Part shown: positions 26,484 through 36,218 of the stretch, in pieces | Numbering within the stretch: position 1 is the stretch's first letter | Layout of the letters: the number at the start of each line of letters is the position of its first letter | NCBI GenBank assembly: GCA_963674695.2 | Contig: CAXXGI010000003.1 | Span: forward strand, 1-64,000 | Direction of reading: 5' to 3' | DNA: 64,000 nucleotides | DNA from: a bacterium | GTDB taxonomy: Bacteria; UBA10199; 2-02-FULL-44-16; JAAZCA01 | The notes under the pieces: model-generated | Databases searched by the model: none | Told to the model about the DNA's origin: nothing | Seen by the model: the letters and a program-made list of their open reading frames with translations, nothing else | Made by a program: the position numbers and the translations under genes

Positions 26484-29246
26484 TCACTGCGGTTGCAGCG
26501 CGACGTTCAAGGATTTCTTTTCCTGATTCATCGAGATCGATTGGCTCCAAGGCCGGTACCCGGCCAGGGAGACGCTGATATTGTGCGGACGGTCGCGACG
26601 AACTTTTCGGATGATGATCGGGGTGACTCCAGCGTTCTGTCCATCGATCACCACGTTTGCGCGCGGCGGGGTGCTCGTGATCGTCAGCTCGCCGTGGATG
26701 CCGCCCAGCTTGATGCCGGTGAGTTTTGTCGTTCCTCCCGGCTTGACCGTGACGCTCTGACTGTGGCGGGCATATCCCTCCTTGCTGACGAGGACCGAAG
26801 CGCTCCCGGAAGGGACGGTCGCCGTGAGCGGCGTCTTCCCCTGGTAGTTGGAGTTGATAAAAACGTCCGCCCCAGAGGGGTTGGAGGCGATCTTGATCTT
26901 TCCGCTGCCGCCGGTCTGTGCCGAGGGCTGTGGTGTCGGCTGCGGCGTTGGCTGCGGTTGTGGTGTTGGCTGTGGTGTCGGCGTTGGCGTCGGTGTGATC
27001 GCAGGGGCTTGCCGCGAGGGAGAGAGCGTCGCGTAGAGCTTCTCCTGTTCCCCGCGGACGGCCTTGCGCACCGTCTTGCTCTCATATCCATCCAGATCCA
27101 GGCCGACGCGATAGGTGGCGCCGACCTTGAGGTCGGGGATGCTCGCCGGCGTCGTTCGGCCGGTGGAGCGTCCATCCAGGGAGATCTTCGCGCCCGAGGG
27201 TTTTGAACTGATGCGCAGCGTCCCCTTCGTGGCGACCGCCTTGTCCGGCGTGGCAGCTGGTTTTTCCGCCTCTTTTTTAAGCGTCGTATCGACCGGCGTC
27301 GATTCGTTGCTCTTGACGGTGAAACGCTTCTCCCAATCGGTGAAGCCCTTCATGCGCATGGCGACGGTATAGTCCTTTGGCGCAAGATTTGAAATCGTAG
27401 CGGGCGTGGTGCGGCCGGTATCCTTGCCATCGACGATGATCGCCGCGCCCGAGGGTGTTGAGGTGACTGTGAGTTTTCCGTTTTCCGGTGTCAGGGGTTT
27501 GAGTTTTGTCGAGATGCGCTGGGGTTTGTTCGAGGTCAGCGTGATCACCTGCTCGAAATCCTCGAACTCCGGTTTGGTGAGCGTCACGCGCTGATCGGTG
27601 CCCAGCGGAAGTTTTTCCAGCGTCGCTGGTGTCACCTTTCCCGTGAGCTTTCCATTGAGCATGATCGCCGCCCCGGTCGGATCGGTGATGAGGTTCAGCG
27701 TTCCGGTGGGTTTCGCGAGCGCGAGCTCGACCTCAAAGCGCTTGGCCGAACTGACCGTGAGTTGTTCTTCGGCGGGGCTCAGCCCCTCCTTCTCTGCGCG
27801 GATGGTATGGGTTGATCCGACCTTGAGATCCTCGATCGTAGCCGGGGTCTTCTTGCCGGTCTCCTTGCCATCGATGAGGATTGTGGCACCGGTAGGCTCC
27901 GAGGTGATGCGCGCGCTGCCGACGGCGGCGCGTTCTATCGCTGGTTCCGGCTTGGGTGCTTCCGCTTGTTCCCAGAAGTGGGGGATGGGGGCGAAGCGAT
28001 AGACGCCAAAAGCGGCGGCGGCGATCACAGCCAGGGTGGCAGCGGCTTTGAGCCAGCGCCGGCCTGGCTTTTTCATCGTACGGCTCTCGGTGATTGCCTC
28101 GGGTTGCTCGGCCGCGGTGATCGAAGGGATCGGCGTTGGGACCGGGATGGCCTTGGTCTCAGCCGAGGGCACGCCCCCGGAGCGGTCGGTGATCTCAGGC
28201 GGGAAGGAATTCTCGCGATGGACGATCTCCATCTGCTTCGCTCCCTCGCCGATGTTCAGGGAGCTGGTCTGCTGCTCGACGGCCGCTTGCCGCGCCTGAT
28301 CGATCTGCTCGCCGGTGACGTTCTCGGAGAAGATATGCTTGATGAAGGCCGCGAGCTTTCTCGGCGAGAAATCGACGTAGGTGGAATAGAGAAATTTGGT
28401 CAGCTCGATCTGAAAATCGCCCGCATTCTGGAAACGATCTTCGGTTTCATAGGAGAGCGCCTTTGCCAGTACGGGTTTCAGCGCATCCGGAATAGCATCG
28501 GGAAGCGTCTCCGGCGTGATGTGTGTGGTGCGAATTTTTTTCAGCACCTCGAATTGCGACTCTCCGGTGAAGAGTTTTGTGCTGGTGAGCGACTCATAGA
28601 GCAGGATGCCGGTGGCGAAGATGTCGGTGCGTCCATCGATTGGCTGGCCCATCGCCTGTTCCGGCGACATGTAGGCGATCTTCCCCTTGAGGATTCCTGC
28701 CATCGTGTGCGAGATGTTCATCGCTGCCTTGGCGATGCCGAAGTCGCCGATCTTTACCTCTCCTTCATAGGAGAGGAGGATGTTCTGTGGGCTGATGTCG
28801 CGATGAACGATGCCGAGTGGTTTTCCGGTTTGGTCGGTCTTGCGATGGGCGTAGTCGAGCCCCTTGCAGATTTCCGAGATAATGTAGACGCCGATGTCGT
28901 GCGGAATGGGGGTCTTGGTCTCACGGCAGCGGAACATGATGTCGCGCAGGTTGACGCCGTGGATGTACTCCATGGAGATGAAGTAATCGTCGCCAACCTT
29001 GCCGAGATCGTAGACCTGCACGACGTTGGCATGCGAGAGCAGCACCGAGAGCTTGGCCTCGTCGATGAGCATCGTGATGAAGTCTTTGTCGGCGGAGCAG
29101 TGCGGCAGGATGCGCTTGATCGCCAGCTCTTTTTCAAAGCCGTCGACGCCGAAGGTCTTGGCGACATAGATCTCGGCCATTCCTCCGACCGCGAGCTTCT
29201 TGAGGAGGTAGTATTTGCCGAATTGTTTTGGTTCAAAGTCGTTCAT
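26484..29246 (-). CDS. Membrane Ser/Thr protein kinase with six PEGA domains
   Basis: GGMAEIY, HRDISPQN, DFGIAK, YMSPEQ; TM helix; six S-x-P-x-(G/R)-A PEGA-like repeats. Confidence 0.95.
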   Translation of the reverse strand: MNDFEPKQFGKYYLLKKLAVGGMAEIYVAKTFGVDGFEKELAIKRILPHCSADKDFITMLIDEAKLSVLLSHANVVQVYDLGKVGDDYFISMEYIHGVNLRDIMFRCRETKTPIPHDIGVYIISEICKGLDYAHRKTDQTGKPLGIVHRDISPQNILLSYEGEVKIGDFGIAKAAMNISHTMAGILKGKIAYMSPEQAMGQPIDGRTDIFATGILLYESLTSTKLFTGESQFEVLKKIRTTHITPETLPDAIPDALKPVLAKALSYETEDRFQNAGDFQIELTKFLYSTYVDFSPRKLAAFIKHIFSENVTGEQIDQARQAAVEQQTSSLNIGEGAKQMEIVHRENSFPPEITDRSGGVPSAETKAIPVPTPIPSITAAEQPEAITESRTMKKPGRRWLKAAATLAVIAAAAFGVYRFAPIPHFWEQAEAPKPEPAIERAAVGSARITSEPTGATILIDGKETGKKTPATIEDLKVGSTHTIRAEKEGLSPAEEQLTVSSAKRFEVELALAKPTGTLNLITDPTGAAIMLNGKLTGKVTPATLEKLPLGTDQRVTLTKPEFEDFEQVITLTSNKPQRISTKLKPLTPENGKLTVTSTPSGAAIIVDGKDTGRTTPATISNLAPKDYTVAMRMKGFTDWEKRFTVKSNESTPVDTTLKKEAEKPAATPDKAVATKGTLRISSKPSGAKISLDGRSTGRTTPASIPDLKVGATYRVGLDLDGYESKTVRKAVRGEQEKLYATLSPSRQAPAITPTPTPTPQPTPQPQPTPQPTPQPSAQTGGSGKIKIASNPSGADVFINSNYQGKTPLTATVPSGSASVLVSKEGYARHSQSVTVKPGGTTKLTGIKLGGIHGELTITSTPPRANVVIDGQNAGVTPIIIRKVRRDRPHNISVSLAGYRPWSQSISMNQEKKSLNVALQPQ

Positions 29247-29322
29247 AATTAAAATCCGTAACTCGTAACTCGTAACTCGTAACTCGTGAAATCGCTTACT
29301 CTATAGCTCCCATCCGGTTTTT

Positions 29323-29418
29323 GTCATTCCCGCCCCCGATTCAATCACTCGAGGGCAGGCTCCGGCGGGAATCTCGTTTTTTCGAGTACTTCGAGATTCC
29401 CGCTTTCGCGGGAATGAC
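29323..29418. repeat. REP-like element
   Basis: GTCATTCCCGC...GCGGGAATGAC. Confidence 0.85.
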
Positions 29419-29445
29419 GGCAAAATGACAGATTCTGTTCGACGC

Positions 29446-30090
29446 TTACGGTTCGCTGTATTCCAGGACGATGACCGTGATCGTCATTCCCAACAGAAAG
29501 AGGTAGAGCAACATGACGCCCCAGCTGACCTTGCCCGTCGATCGGTCGATAAGACCGATGGCCCCCAGCCAGCGGGGGAGCGCCCGAGCCAGAGAGCCTT
29601 TCGAGGGCGCTTGTTTTGCGCCTGCGCCGCTCGGTTTTCCCGGCCTGCGCTTGGCCTCCCCCACGCGCTGCGGGATGCCGAGTTCGATCGTCGTTCCATG
29701 TGCCCAGAGGCTGTCGGGAACCGTCTCCCCCGGCTTGAACCGCTTGGTGCGGATGAAATCCTCCAGGTGCGTCAGCAGGACCAGCGCCCCGCGTGTCTGT
29801 CGCCCATCGCGCCAGACTACATCCACCTGCAGGATCCCCGTTCCGCTATGGAGCTTTGCCGCGCGAAAGAGCAACCGGTCGATTCGCGCGCGCGGAACGC
29901 GCACCGGTTTGATCACCATGGTGCGCCGTTCGAACTTCTCCCACTCGTTTCCTTCGAGCTGCTTCTGATACTGTTTTTCCTGCTCCTCACGCTGGTTGTA
30001 TGACGACTGGTGCTGATCCTCGCGGGATTCCTTCGCCTTGGTGATGCGATAGGGCGGAGGGGCTTCCGGTCTGTCGATCTTTTCAACCAT
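29446..30090 (-). CDS. Hypothetical protein with C-terminal TM helix
   Basis: 214-aa ORF in operon context. Confidence 0.7.
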   Translation of the reverse strand: MVEKIDRPEAPPPYRITKAKESREDQHQSSYNQREEQEKQYQKQLEGNEWEKFERRTMVIKPVRVPRARIDRLLFRAAKLHSGTGILQVDVVWRDGRQTRGALVLLTHLEDFIRTKRFKPGETVPDSLWAHGTTIELGIPQRVGEAKRRPGKPSGAGAKQAPSKGSLARALPRWLGAIGLIDRSTGKVSWGVMLLYLFLLGMTITVIVLEYSEP

Positions 30091-30101
30091 AGGAGGTCCG
30101 C

Positions 30102-30365
30102 TTATGACTTTTTATCGGATGTCTTTGTGGAGTCGCTCTTTGTTGTCGTTGTCGTCGATTTCTTCCCCGGAGATGACGTGGTCTTCCCACTGGCATAGCC
30201 ATCCTTATACCAACCCCCGCCCTTGAGGGTGAAGGAGGTCTGAGAGATGAGCCGCTTCGCCTTGCCGCCACAGGTGGGGCAAGCGGCGATGGGTTCGTCC
30301 GTGATCTTCTGCACGATTTCAAAATCGGCATCGCAGGATTTGCAGTGGTACTCGTAGATCGGCAT
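30102..30365 (-). CDS. FmdB-family zinc-ribbon protein
   Basis: [11 protein letters not shown]...CPTCGG...[13 protein letters not shown]. Confidence 0.92.
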   Translation of the reverse strand: MPIYEYHCKSCDADFEIVQKITDEPIAACPTCGGKAKRLISQTSFTLKGGGWYKDGYASGKTTSSPGKKSTTTTTKSDSTKTSDKKS

Positions 30366-30552
30366 AGCGTGGGAACCTTTCATCTGTTGCGGTGAAAAAA
30401 CGGGTTGGAATCGAGTCTCTGTGTGGGATTCCATGCCCCAGTTCAAACTGTGGTCTTGAGACCCCATTTTAGCCTATCTCTTGAGAATGTAAACCGTTCT
30501 TCGCCTATCGGTGTTGCTCGCCGGGGGGAGACAGGGTCAGTTTGGAAACTGT

Positions 30553-30852
30553 TCATATATTGAACGGTTTGAGCTTCTCTTTCAGATCCGCAGCGTTTAC
30601 CCTCGTTATCGCGACGCTCTTGTGGCGATTGTGCTCCCCCCGGATGAGGGTGATCTTCCGGCGCGGGATGCCGAGTATTTTGGCCAGGAAGGCGATAAGC
30701 GCGGCATTGGCCTTGCCGTCGACTGGGGGGGATGCCAGCGCCACGGCCAGCGCTCCATCGCGAATCCCCTTGATCGCCGTGCGCTTCGCGCGCGGCTGGA
30801 CGTGACAGTCGAACGCGATGCCGTCGTCTCGAGTGGTGATCTTCAGGGGCAT
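30553..30852 (-). CDS. DUF167/YggU family protein
   Basis: VQPRAKR...PPVDGKAN...IRGEHNRHK. Confidence 0.9.
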   Translation of the reverse strand: MPLKITTRDDGIAFDCHVQPRAKRTAIKGIRDGALAVALASPPVDGKANAALIAFLAKILGIPRRKITLIRGEHNRHKSVAITRVNAADLKEKLKPFNI

Positions 30853-30892
30853 GGTTTCTGTTCACCGTTTACGGTTCACCGGTCACCGTTCA

Positions 30893-31201
30893 TTATTGCA
30901 GCATCTGGGCGCCGGTGCGGTAGAGCGTGCCGACGAGCACCGTATCGATGATGACCAGGATCAACAGCACGATGATCGGCGTGATGTCGATCGGCAGGCG
31001 TCGCACCACAACCGGCAGGAATCGTCGGACCAGGCGAAAGGCCGGTGCGGTCAGGCTATAGAGGAGGCGGACGATCTGATTGTGGGGATCGGGGTTGACC
31101 CACGTCAGCAGCGCCCCGATGACGATCACGACGGTATAGAGGTTGATGATGAGCCCGAGCACCTTGGCCAGGGAGATGATGAGATAAGCGAGCACAGTCA
31201 T
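30893..31201 (-). CDS. yggT: YggT-family membrane protein
   Basis: LLTWVNPDPHNQIV...IDITPI; proC-yggT-yggU order. Confidence 0.9.
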   Translation of the reverse strand: MTVLAYLIISLAKVLGLIINLYTVVIVIGALLTWVNPDPHNQIVRLLYSLTAPAFRLVRRFLPVVVRRLPIDITPIIVLLILVIIDTVLVGTLYRTGAQMLQ

Positions 31202-31218
31202 GACAACTCCTGTGAAGC

Positions 31219-31295
31219 GTCGCCTCCCGGGGAAAATGGAGATCTTTTTTCCGATGAACCTGTAAAAAAGACCTCCATTTTCCCCTCGCGGCGAC
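31219..31295 (+). repeat. 77-bp hairpin repeat, copy c
   Basis: Same ends, different covarying stem, loop CCGATGAACCTGT. Confidence 0.85.
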
Positions 31296-31339
31296 AACGT
31301 CTTTACGAGTTACGAGTTACGAGTTACGAGTCACGGTCT

Positions 31340-32158
31340 TTACATCTTTCGCAACTGCTCCGCGCGTTTGGTGGCGACGCGGACGGTTTCTTCCATCGTC
31401 TTCCAGAACTTCTTCTTCTTCAGATGATTCATCGCGGCCCACGTGGTTCCCTTTTTCGAGGTGACGCGACGGCGAAGCTCCTGCGGCGGCAGATTGCTCT
31501 GAAACGCCATCTCCGCTGCACCCACGGCCGTCTGCAGCGTGAGCAGCGCCGCCATCTGATCGGTCAGCCCGAGCTTGCGTCCCGCATCCTGCATCGCCTC
31601 CATGAGGGCGAAGAAATAGGCCGGCCCCGTTCCGGAGAGCCCGGTGACCACGTCCATCAAGCGCTCTTCACGCACATCGACCGTCTTGCCCACCGCCTGG
31701 AAGATCTGGTGGGCGAACCGCCGGTAGCGCTCGGGCATGCGCGGGCCGCAGTAGATGGCGCTGATCCCCATGTCGATGACGGAGGGGAGGTTGGGCATCA
31801 CGCGGATGAGCTTCGGTTTCGAGCCCAGCATCTCGCGGAGACGACTGAAGTCGATGCCGGCGGCGATCGAGATGGCCAGATGGTTGCGCGTCATGGCCGG
31901 CTGGATCTGGGTGCAGACCTTCTGCATGTCCTGCGGCTTCACCCCCAGGATGATCGTTTCCGAGGCGCTCGTCACCGCAAGGTTGTTGCGCGTGGTGTGC
32001 ACGCCGTAGGTCTTCTCCAGAAACCGCACGCGCTTGGCCGTGCGCGCCGAGGCGATGATCTCGTAGGAGCGCACGAGGTTCGAGCGCAAGAGCCCCTTGA
32101 TGAGGGCCTCGCCCATGTTGCCCGCCCCGATCACGCCGATGATATAGTTGTCGCGCAT
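31340..32158 (-). CDS. proC: Pyrroline-5-carboxylate reductase
   Basis: IGAGNMG, ISIAAG, IRVMPN, TGLSGTGPAY, VTSKKGTT. Confidence 0.95.
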   Translation of the reverse strand: MRDNYIIGVIGAGNMGEALIKGLLRSNLVRSYEIIASARTAKRVRFLEKTYGVHTTRNNLAVTSASETIILGVKPQDMQKVCTQIQPAMTRNHLAISIAAGIDFSRLREMLGSKPKLIRVMPNLPSVIDMGISAIYCGPRMPERYRRFAHQIFQAVGKTVDVREERLMDVVTGLSGTGPAYFFALMEAMQDAGRKLGLTDQMAALLTLQTAVGAAEMAFQSNLPPQELRRRVTSKKGTTWAAMNHLKKKKFWKTMEETVRVATKRAEQLRKM

Positions 32159-32319
32159 ATGGTCTCCTCTGATCCCTTGTGGTGGATGCCCAACCCTATT
32201 CATTCGCGCCGAATTATCAACCCCTAATGATTTCAGCTTGTTTGCTCACATTTCTTTTCAAATGGGATCGATGTCGTTATAATGCTCTCGGTTTGGAAAA
32301 GGGCACCTCGGGGGTGCTC

Positions 32320-32595
32320 ATGCGACGTCTGGTCCTCATCATTCTCCTGCTCGCTCTGCTGCCGGCCACCGCGCTGGCGCAATCATCCTTTCATCCCCGT
32401 TCATCCGAACGCATCCAGGTTCCGTATCAGCCCGCCGGATCCCTGCGCGCTCGCCCCATGAATACGCGCCTGCCCGATGGCGGCGCACGCTCGGCGGCGA
32501 ACTCCGGCGTCGATCAAAACGTGCGCACCGTGCAGCAGGGCCGGATGTCGAACTGCTATCCCGCCGCGATCGGCTGCGTCGACCTGCAGCGTTGA
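32320..32595 (+). CDS. Small exported protein
   Basis: Signal peptide MRRLVLIILLLALLPATALA. Confidence 0.6.
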   Translation: MRRLVLIILLLALLPATALAQSSFHPRSSERIQVPYQPAGSLRARPMNTRLPDGGARSAANSGVDQNVRTVQQGRMSNCYPAAIGCVDLQR

Positions 32596-32613
32596 AGTCG
32601 ATCAGTGAAACAA

Positions 32614-32743
32614 GGGCACCTCTAAAAACTGAGATATTGATGTCACCTCCCGGGGAAAATGGAGACCTTTTTTCCGATAACCCTGTAAAAAAGGCCTCCA
32701 TTTTCCTCTCGCGGTGACTCATGAGAGGTTTTTAGAGATGCCC
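32614..32743. repeat. MITE-like unit with 16-bp terminal IRs enclosing hairpin copy d (32642-32718)
   Basis: GGGCACCTCTAAAAAC / GTTTTTAGAGATGCCC (15/16 match). Confidence 0.7.
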
Positions 32744-32772
32744 ACAGCAGAAATCGGGGTATCGGAGCCGTT

Positions 32773-32847
32773 GCGCCGCGAGGGGAAAAACGAATCCCTT
32801 TTTATAGTTTCATCGGAAAAAGGGGTTCGCTTTTCCCCGGGAGGCGC
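32773..32847 (-). repeat. 77-bp hairpin repeat, copy e (inverted)
   Basis: GCGCCGCGAGGGGAAA...TTTCCCCGGGAGGCGC. Confidence 0.8.
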
Positions 32848-32861
32848 TCAACGAATGGGTG

Positions 32862-33827
32862 TCATTTCGATGTCTCGGCAATAGGTTCGTTTGCCGAGAG
32901 GGAGCGTTGCGTCGAGGAGAGGTAGAAGAGGAGTCCGATGAGCGTGACCGGGATGATCTGGACGGCGTGATAGATGAGCGCGATGCTGAAGGCCATATCC
33001 TTTCCCACCCCCAGCCAGGTATAGGCCAACACGGCGGCCACTTCGAACGGCCCGATGTTGCTGGGCGCGGAAGGAACCATGATGGCCAGGTTGATCGCGA
33101 CGAAGACGAGGATCGGCACCCAGATGGCGACGTGAACGCCGAGGGCGAGCTGGCAGCAGAGGATCGTTCCCACCTGAAGCAGACAGTTGGCAATCGAGAG
33201 GGCGAGCGTGCCCAGGACGAGCCGCTTGCTCGTGAGCATACCCATGCCGGAGCCGAGCCTGTGGGCCAGGTGGCTCAAACGCCCGAGCGATGCGGCCGGG
33301 TCGGCGGTCGTGCGACGATGGTGCAGCAGGAGTCCCACGGCCAGGATCAGGATGATGACCATGACGATGGCGAAGATCGTCGTGCCGCGTTGGACCCAGA
33401 CCGGAAAGGTCGAATGCATGGAGAGCAGACCGAAGAGGATGAGGATGGCCAGCCCGTCGAAGAACTTGTCGAGCGCGGTGATCGAGGTGAGCATGGCGCG
33501 ACAGACGCCCTCCCACTTGCCGAGCAGATAGATCTTGAGGACGTCGCCGCCGCGCGCGGGCATGACGTTGTTCGCGGCCAGGCCGATCATCGTGGCCCGG
33601 AAGATGGAGCCGAAACGGGTGCGCTTCTGCGGCCACATCAACCACTGCCAGCGCACGGCCTTGAGCGCGATGACGGCGATGTTGAGCAGGCCGGCCAGAG
33701 CCAGATAGTGCCACTTGGCATCGGCAAGCTTCTCCCCGATCGAATGGAAGTCGAGCTTCATCGCCAGCGAGGTGAGCAGGGCGATGGAGATGAGCCATCC
33801 GAGGATGGTGAGGGCCTTTCGTTTCAT
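32862..33827 (-). CDS. Lysylphosphatidylglycerol-synthase-TM/flippase-like membrane protein
   Basis: RWQWL, NNVMPARGGDVLK, PSAPSNIGPFE. Confidence 0.85.
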   Translation of the reverse strand: MKRKALTILGWLISIALLTSLAMKLDFHSIGEKLADAKWHYLALAGLLNIAVIALKAVRWQWLMWPQKRTRFGSIFRATMIGLAANNVMPARGGDVLKIYLLGKWEGVCRAMLTSITALDKFFDGLAILILFGLLSMHSTFPVWVQRGTTIFAIVMVIILILAVGLLLHHRRTTADPAASLGRLSHLAHRLGSGMGMLTSKRLVLGTLALSIANCLLQVGTILCCQLALGVHVAIWVPILVFVAINLAIMVPSAPSNIGPFEVAAVLAYTWLGVGKDMAFSIALIYHAVQIIPVTLIGLLFYLSSTQRSLSANEPIAETSK

Positions 33828-34645
33828 AGCGTCTTTCCATCGAGCAGCGTGCTGATGCGGACAAAGCGATAGCCGCGATCGCGATAACGCCGGATAATGT
33901 TCGACAGCGCTGCGACCGTAGCCTCACGGCTCTGGCAGGTCAAGCCTTCGTCGAGGCCATCGTGGAGCAGGAGGATCTCCGGATCGCCGAGGTTTTCCCC
34001 CAGCCGGGCGATGATCATCGAAGCATCGGCGCCATCGGTATCCCAGAGCCCACGGGTCCAGGGGATCGGCGTCAGCCCCAGCTCCTGACAGATGTGTCGC
34101 ACGCGCGCGGTCATGAAGCCATGCGGTGCGCGAAAGAGGTGCGGACGCGCTCCCGTGATGGATGCCAGGGCTTTCTGCGCCGAGGTGAGTTCCCCCTCGA
34201 TCGCCGCGCGGGAGCGATGCGCGAGGATGCGGTGCGAGACCGTGTGGTTGCCGACTTCGTGTCCGTCATCGATCATGCGTCGAACCAGTTCCGGATGGGC
34301 GCGCGCTTTATTCGCGAGGACGAAGAAGGTTGCCGCGACGCTTTCGGCCTTCAGGATATCGAGGATGCGTTCGGTCCAGGGTTCATCCGGCCCGTCGTCG
34401 AAGGTGAGCGCGACGAGCTGTTCGCCGCGATGGCGTCGTTGCATACGCTGCAACACCGGATCCCACTGGGGAATCAGGACGCGCGCGACGATGACCCCCG
34501 CGACGATCCAGGAGAGGGCGGCGATCCCGGCGAGCGCACGACAGGGGAGACAACTGCCGAAGATCGCCATCGCGATCAACAGCACCGCAACGCCGACGGC
34601 CGCAGCGACGGCGAGCACAACGCGCATTTTTATCCGCAGTGGCAT
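33824..34645 (-). CDS. Polysaccharide deacetylase (CE4) with N-terminal TM helices
   Basis: ALTFDDGP, GNHTVSH, FRAPHG, LLLHDG. Confidence 0.93.
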   Translation of the reverse strand: MPLRIKMRVVLAVAAAVGVAVLLIAMAIFGSCLPCRALAGIAALSWIVAGVIVARVLIPQWDPVLQRMQRRHRGEQLVALTFDDGPDEPWTERILDILKAESVAATFFVLANKARAHPELVRRMIDDGHEVGNHTVSHRILAHRSRAAIEGELTSAQKALASITGARPHLFRAPHGFMTARVRHICQELGLTPIPWTRGLWDTDGADASMIIARLGENLGDPEILLLHDGLDEGLTCQSREATVAALSNIIRRYRDRGYRFVRISTLLDGKTL

Positions 34646-34663
34646 GAACTCCTTCTTTCGATT

Positions 34664-34884
34664 GTCATTCCCGCGGGTCCAAATCTGTCATTCCCGCGGG
34701 TCCAAATCTGTCATTCCCGCGAAGGCGGGAATCTCGATTGTCACGAAACATCGAGATCCCCGCCTTCGCGGGGATGACAAAGCCAAATCCATCCACATCC
34801 CCGCCTTCGCGGGGATGACAAAGCCAAGTTCATCGAGATCCCCGCTGGAGCCTGTCCTGAGCGTAGCCGAAGGGCGGGGATGAC
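34664..34884. repeat. Cluster of REP-like units
   Basis: Three tandem GTCATTCCCGCG starts and several GCGGGGATGAC ends. Confidence 0.9.
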
Positions 34885-34894
34885 AACGCTCTGT

Positions 34895-36007
34895 TCATTC
34901 CCCCAAAATCTGCTCGTAATACTCCAGGTGCAGTTTCGTCACGCGTTTCCAGTCGTAGCGCTCCACGCGCAGGGCGGCGGTGGAGCCGAGTTTTGCGCGT
35001 AGTTCCTCGTCGTCGATCAGCCGCACGATGGCGGCTTCGAGCGCGGCCTCGTCCTGCGGCGGGACGTGCAGCGCGCTCTCCTCGTGCGTGGTCAGCTCGC
35101 GAAAGGCCTCGATGTCGGAGGCGATGATGGCGCGACCCGCGCTCATCCCCTCGATGATGGTGATGCCGAACGAGGCGATCGTGGGCGTGAAGACGAAGAC
35201 GTCGGCCGTGGCGAGATAGTCGGCGCGCTCATCCGTGGCGGTTCCGACGAAGACGATGTGTTCGCGAAGTGCGGCGGGGACGAGGTTTTCGAAATAGAAA
35301 CGCAGCGGCCCATCGCCCACGATGATGAGGCGCGCGTTCGGTCGTTTCGGATGCACGTGCGAAAAGGCGCGGATGAGCGTGTCCAGACCGTTGCGCGTGT
35401 CCGGCCGGCCCAGGAAGAGGACGTTCACGCGTCCGTCGTCGAAGCGAGGGATGCGCTTGCCCCTCGCCCACCAGCCCACGTCGACGCCGTTGGGGATGAC
35501 GTCGAAGTCGAGCCCCATATAATGGTGATTTTCTTCGGCACAGCAGCGCGAGACGGCGATGCGGCCGCTCAGCCGTTCGAGCATCGGTTTCACCGTTCCT
35601 CTGAAGAGACGGTAGTAGATGTCGTTGCCCATGCAGGTGTGGAAGGTGCCCACCATCGGCGCATTGGCTTGCATGATGGCGATATGCGGCAGGGCCGGGA
35701 AGGTCGGCGAGTGCAGATGCAACAGATCAAACTGTTCTTCGGCCAGGAGCCGTTTCATTTTTCGCGTGAGCCCGAAGCCATAGGTCGCCCGTCCACAGGA
35801 GCCGTTGGAGAAGACCGGAATGCTTCGGCCGATGGTGCGGATGCGGTCGGAGATGCTCGGTTCAATTCCCTTCGGAGCGAGTCCTCCACCGGTGATGATG
35901 CGAAAATCGTGTCCAAGATGCAGGAGCTCGCGCGCAAAGTGGTGGATATTCTCGGTGATGCCACCGATCGTGGGGGAGAAATATTCTGAGACGATGCCGA
36001 TTTTCAC
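34895..36007 (-). CDS. GT4 glycosyltransferase, PimA-like
   Basis: GTG start VKIGIVSEY...GG; HLHSP, GTFH, IPNGVD, SFGITIIEGM. Confidence 0.85.
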   Translation of the reverse strand: MKIGIVSEYFSPTIGGITENIHHFARELLHLGHDFRIITGGGLAPKGIEPSISDRIRTIGRSIPVFSNGSCGRATYGFGLTRKMKRLLAEEQFDLLHLHSPTFPALPHIAIMQANAPMVGTFHTCMGNDIYYRLFRGTVKPMLERLSGRIAVSRCCAEENHHYMGLDFDVIPNGVDVGWWARGKRIPRFDDGRVNVLFLGRPDTRNGLDTLIRAFSHVHPKRPNARLIIVGDGPLRFYFENLVPAALREHIVFVGTATDERADYLATADVFVFTPTIASFGITIIEGMSAGRAIIASDIEAFRELTTHEESALHVPPQDEAALEAAIVRLIDDEELRAKLGSTAALRVERYDWKRVTKLHLEYYEQILGE

Positions 36008-36218
36008 GCGAAAAGGGGGCTCCCGGTTGTGAAGCGCTGTATAAGCGAAAAACCAAAACGATTTTGGGCGTTTATACATCGTAGGGGGGTTTGTCAATCG
36101 AGCTGTCTCCGGGCCTGTTTTTCGAAGGGGGAAGAGGGGAAAAGGTGACTGAATTTCGAATGTTACCTATTTTTTCATTGTCAATACAGACCGGCGCGTA
36201 TAGCATCCCGAAACTTTT

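Noticed and set aside
31219-31295. Hammerhead ribozyme in the 77-bp hairpin
   Set aside because: The loop is CCGATGA rather than CTGATGA and there is no three-stem junction.
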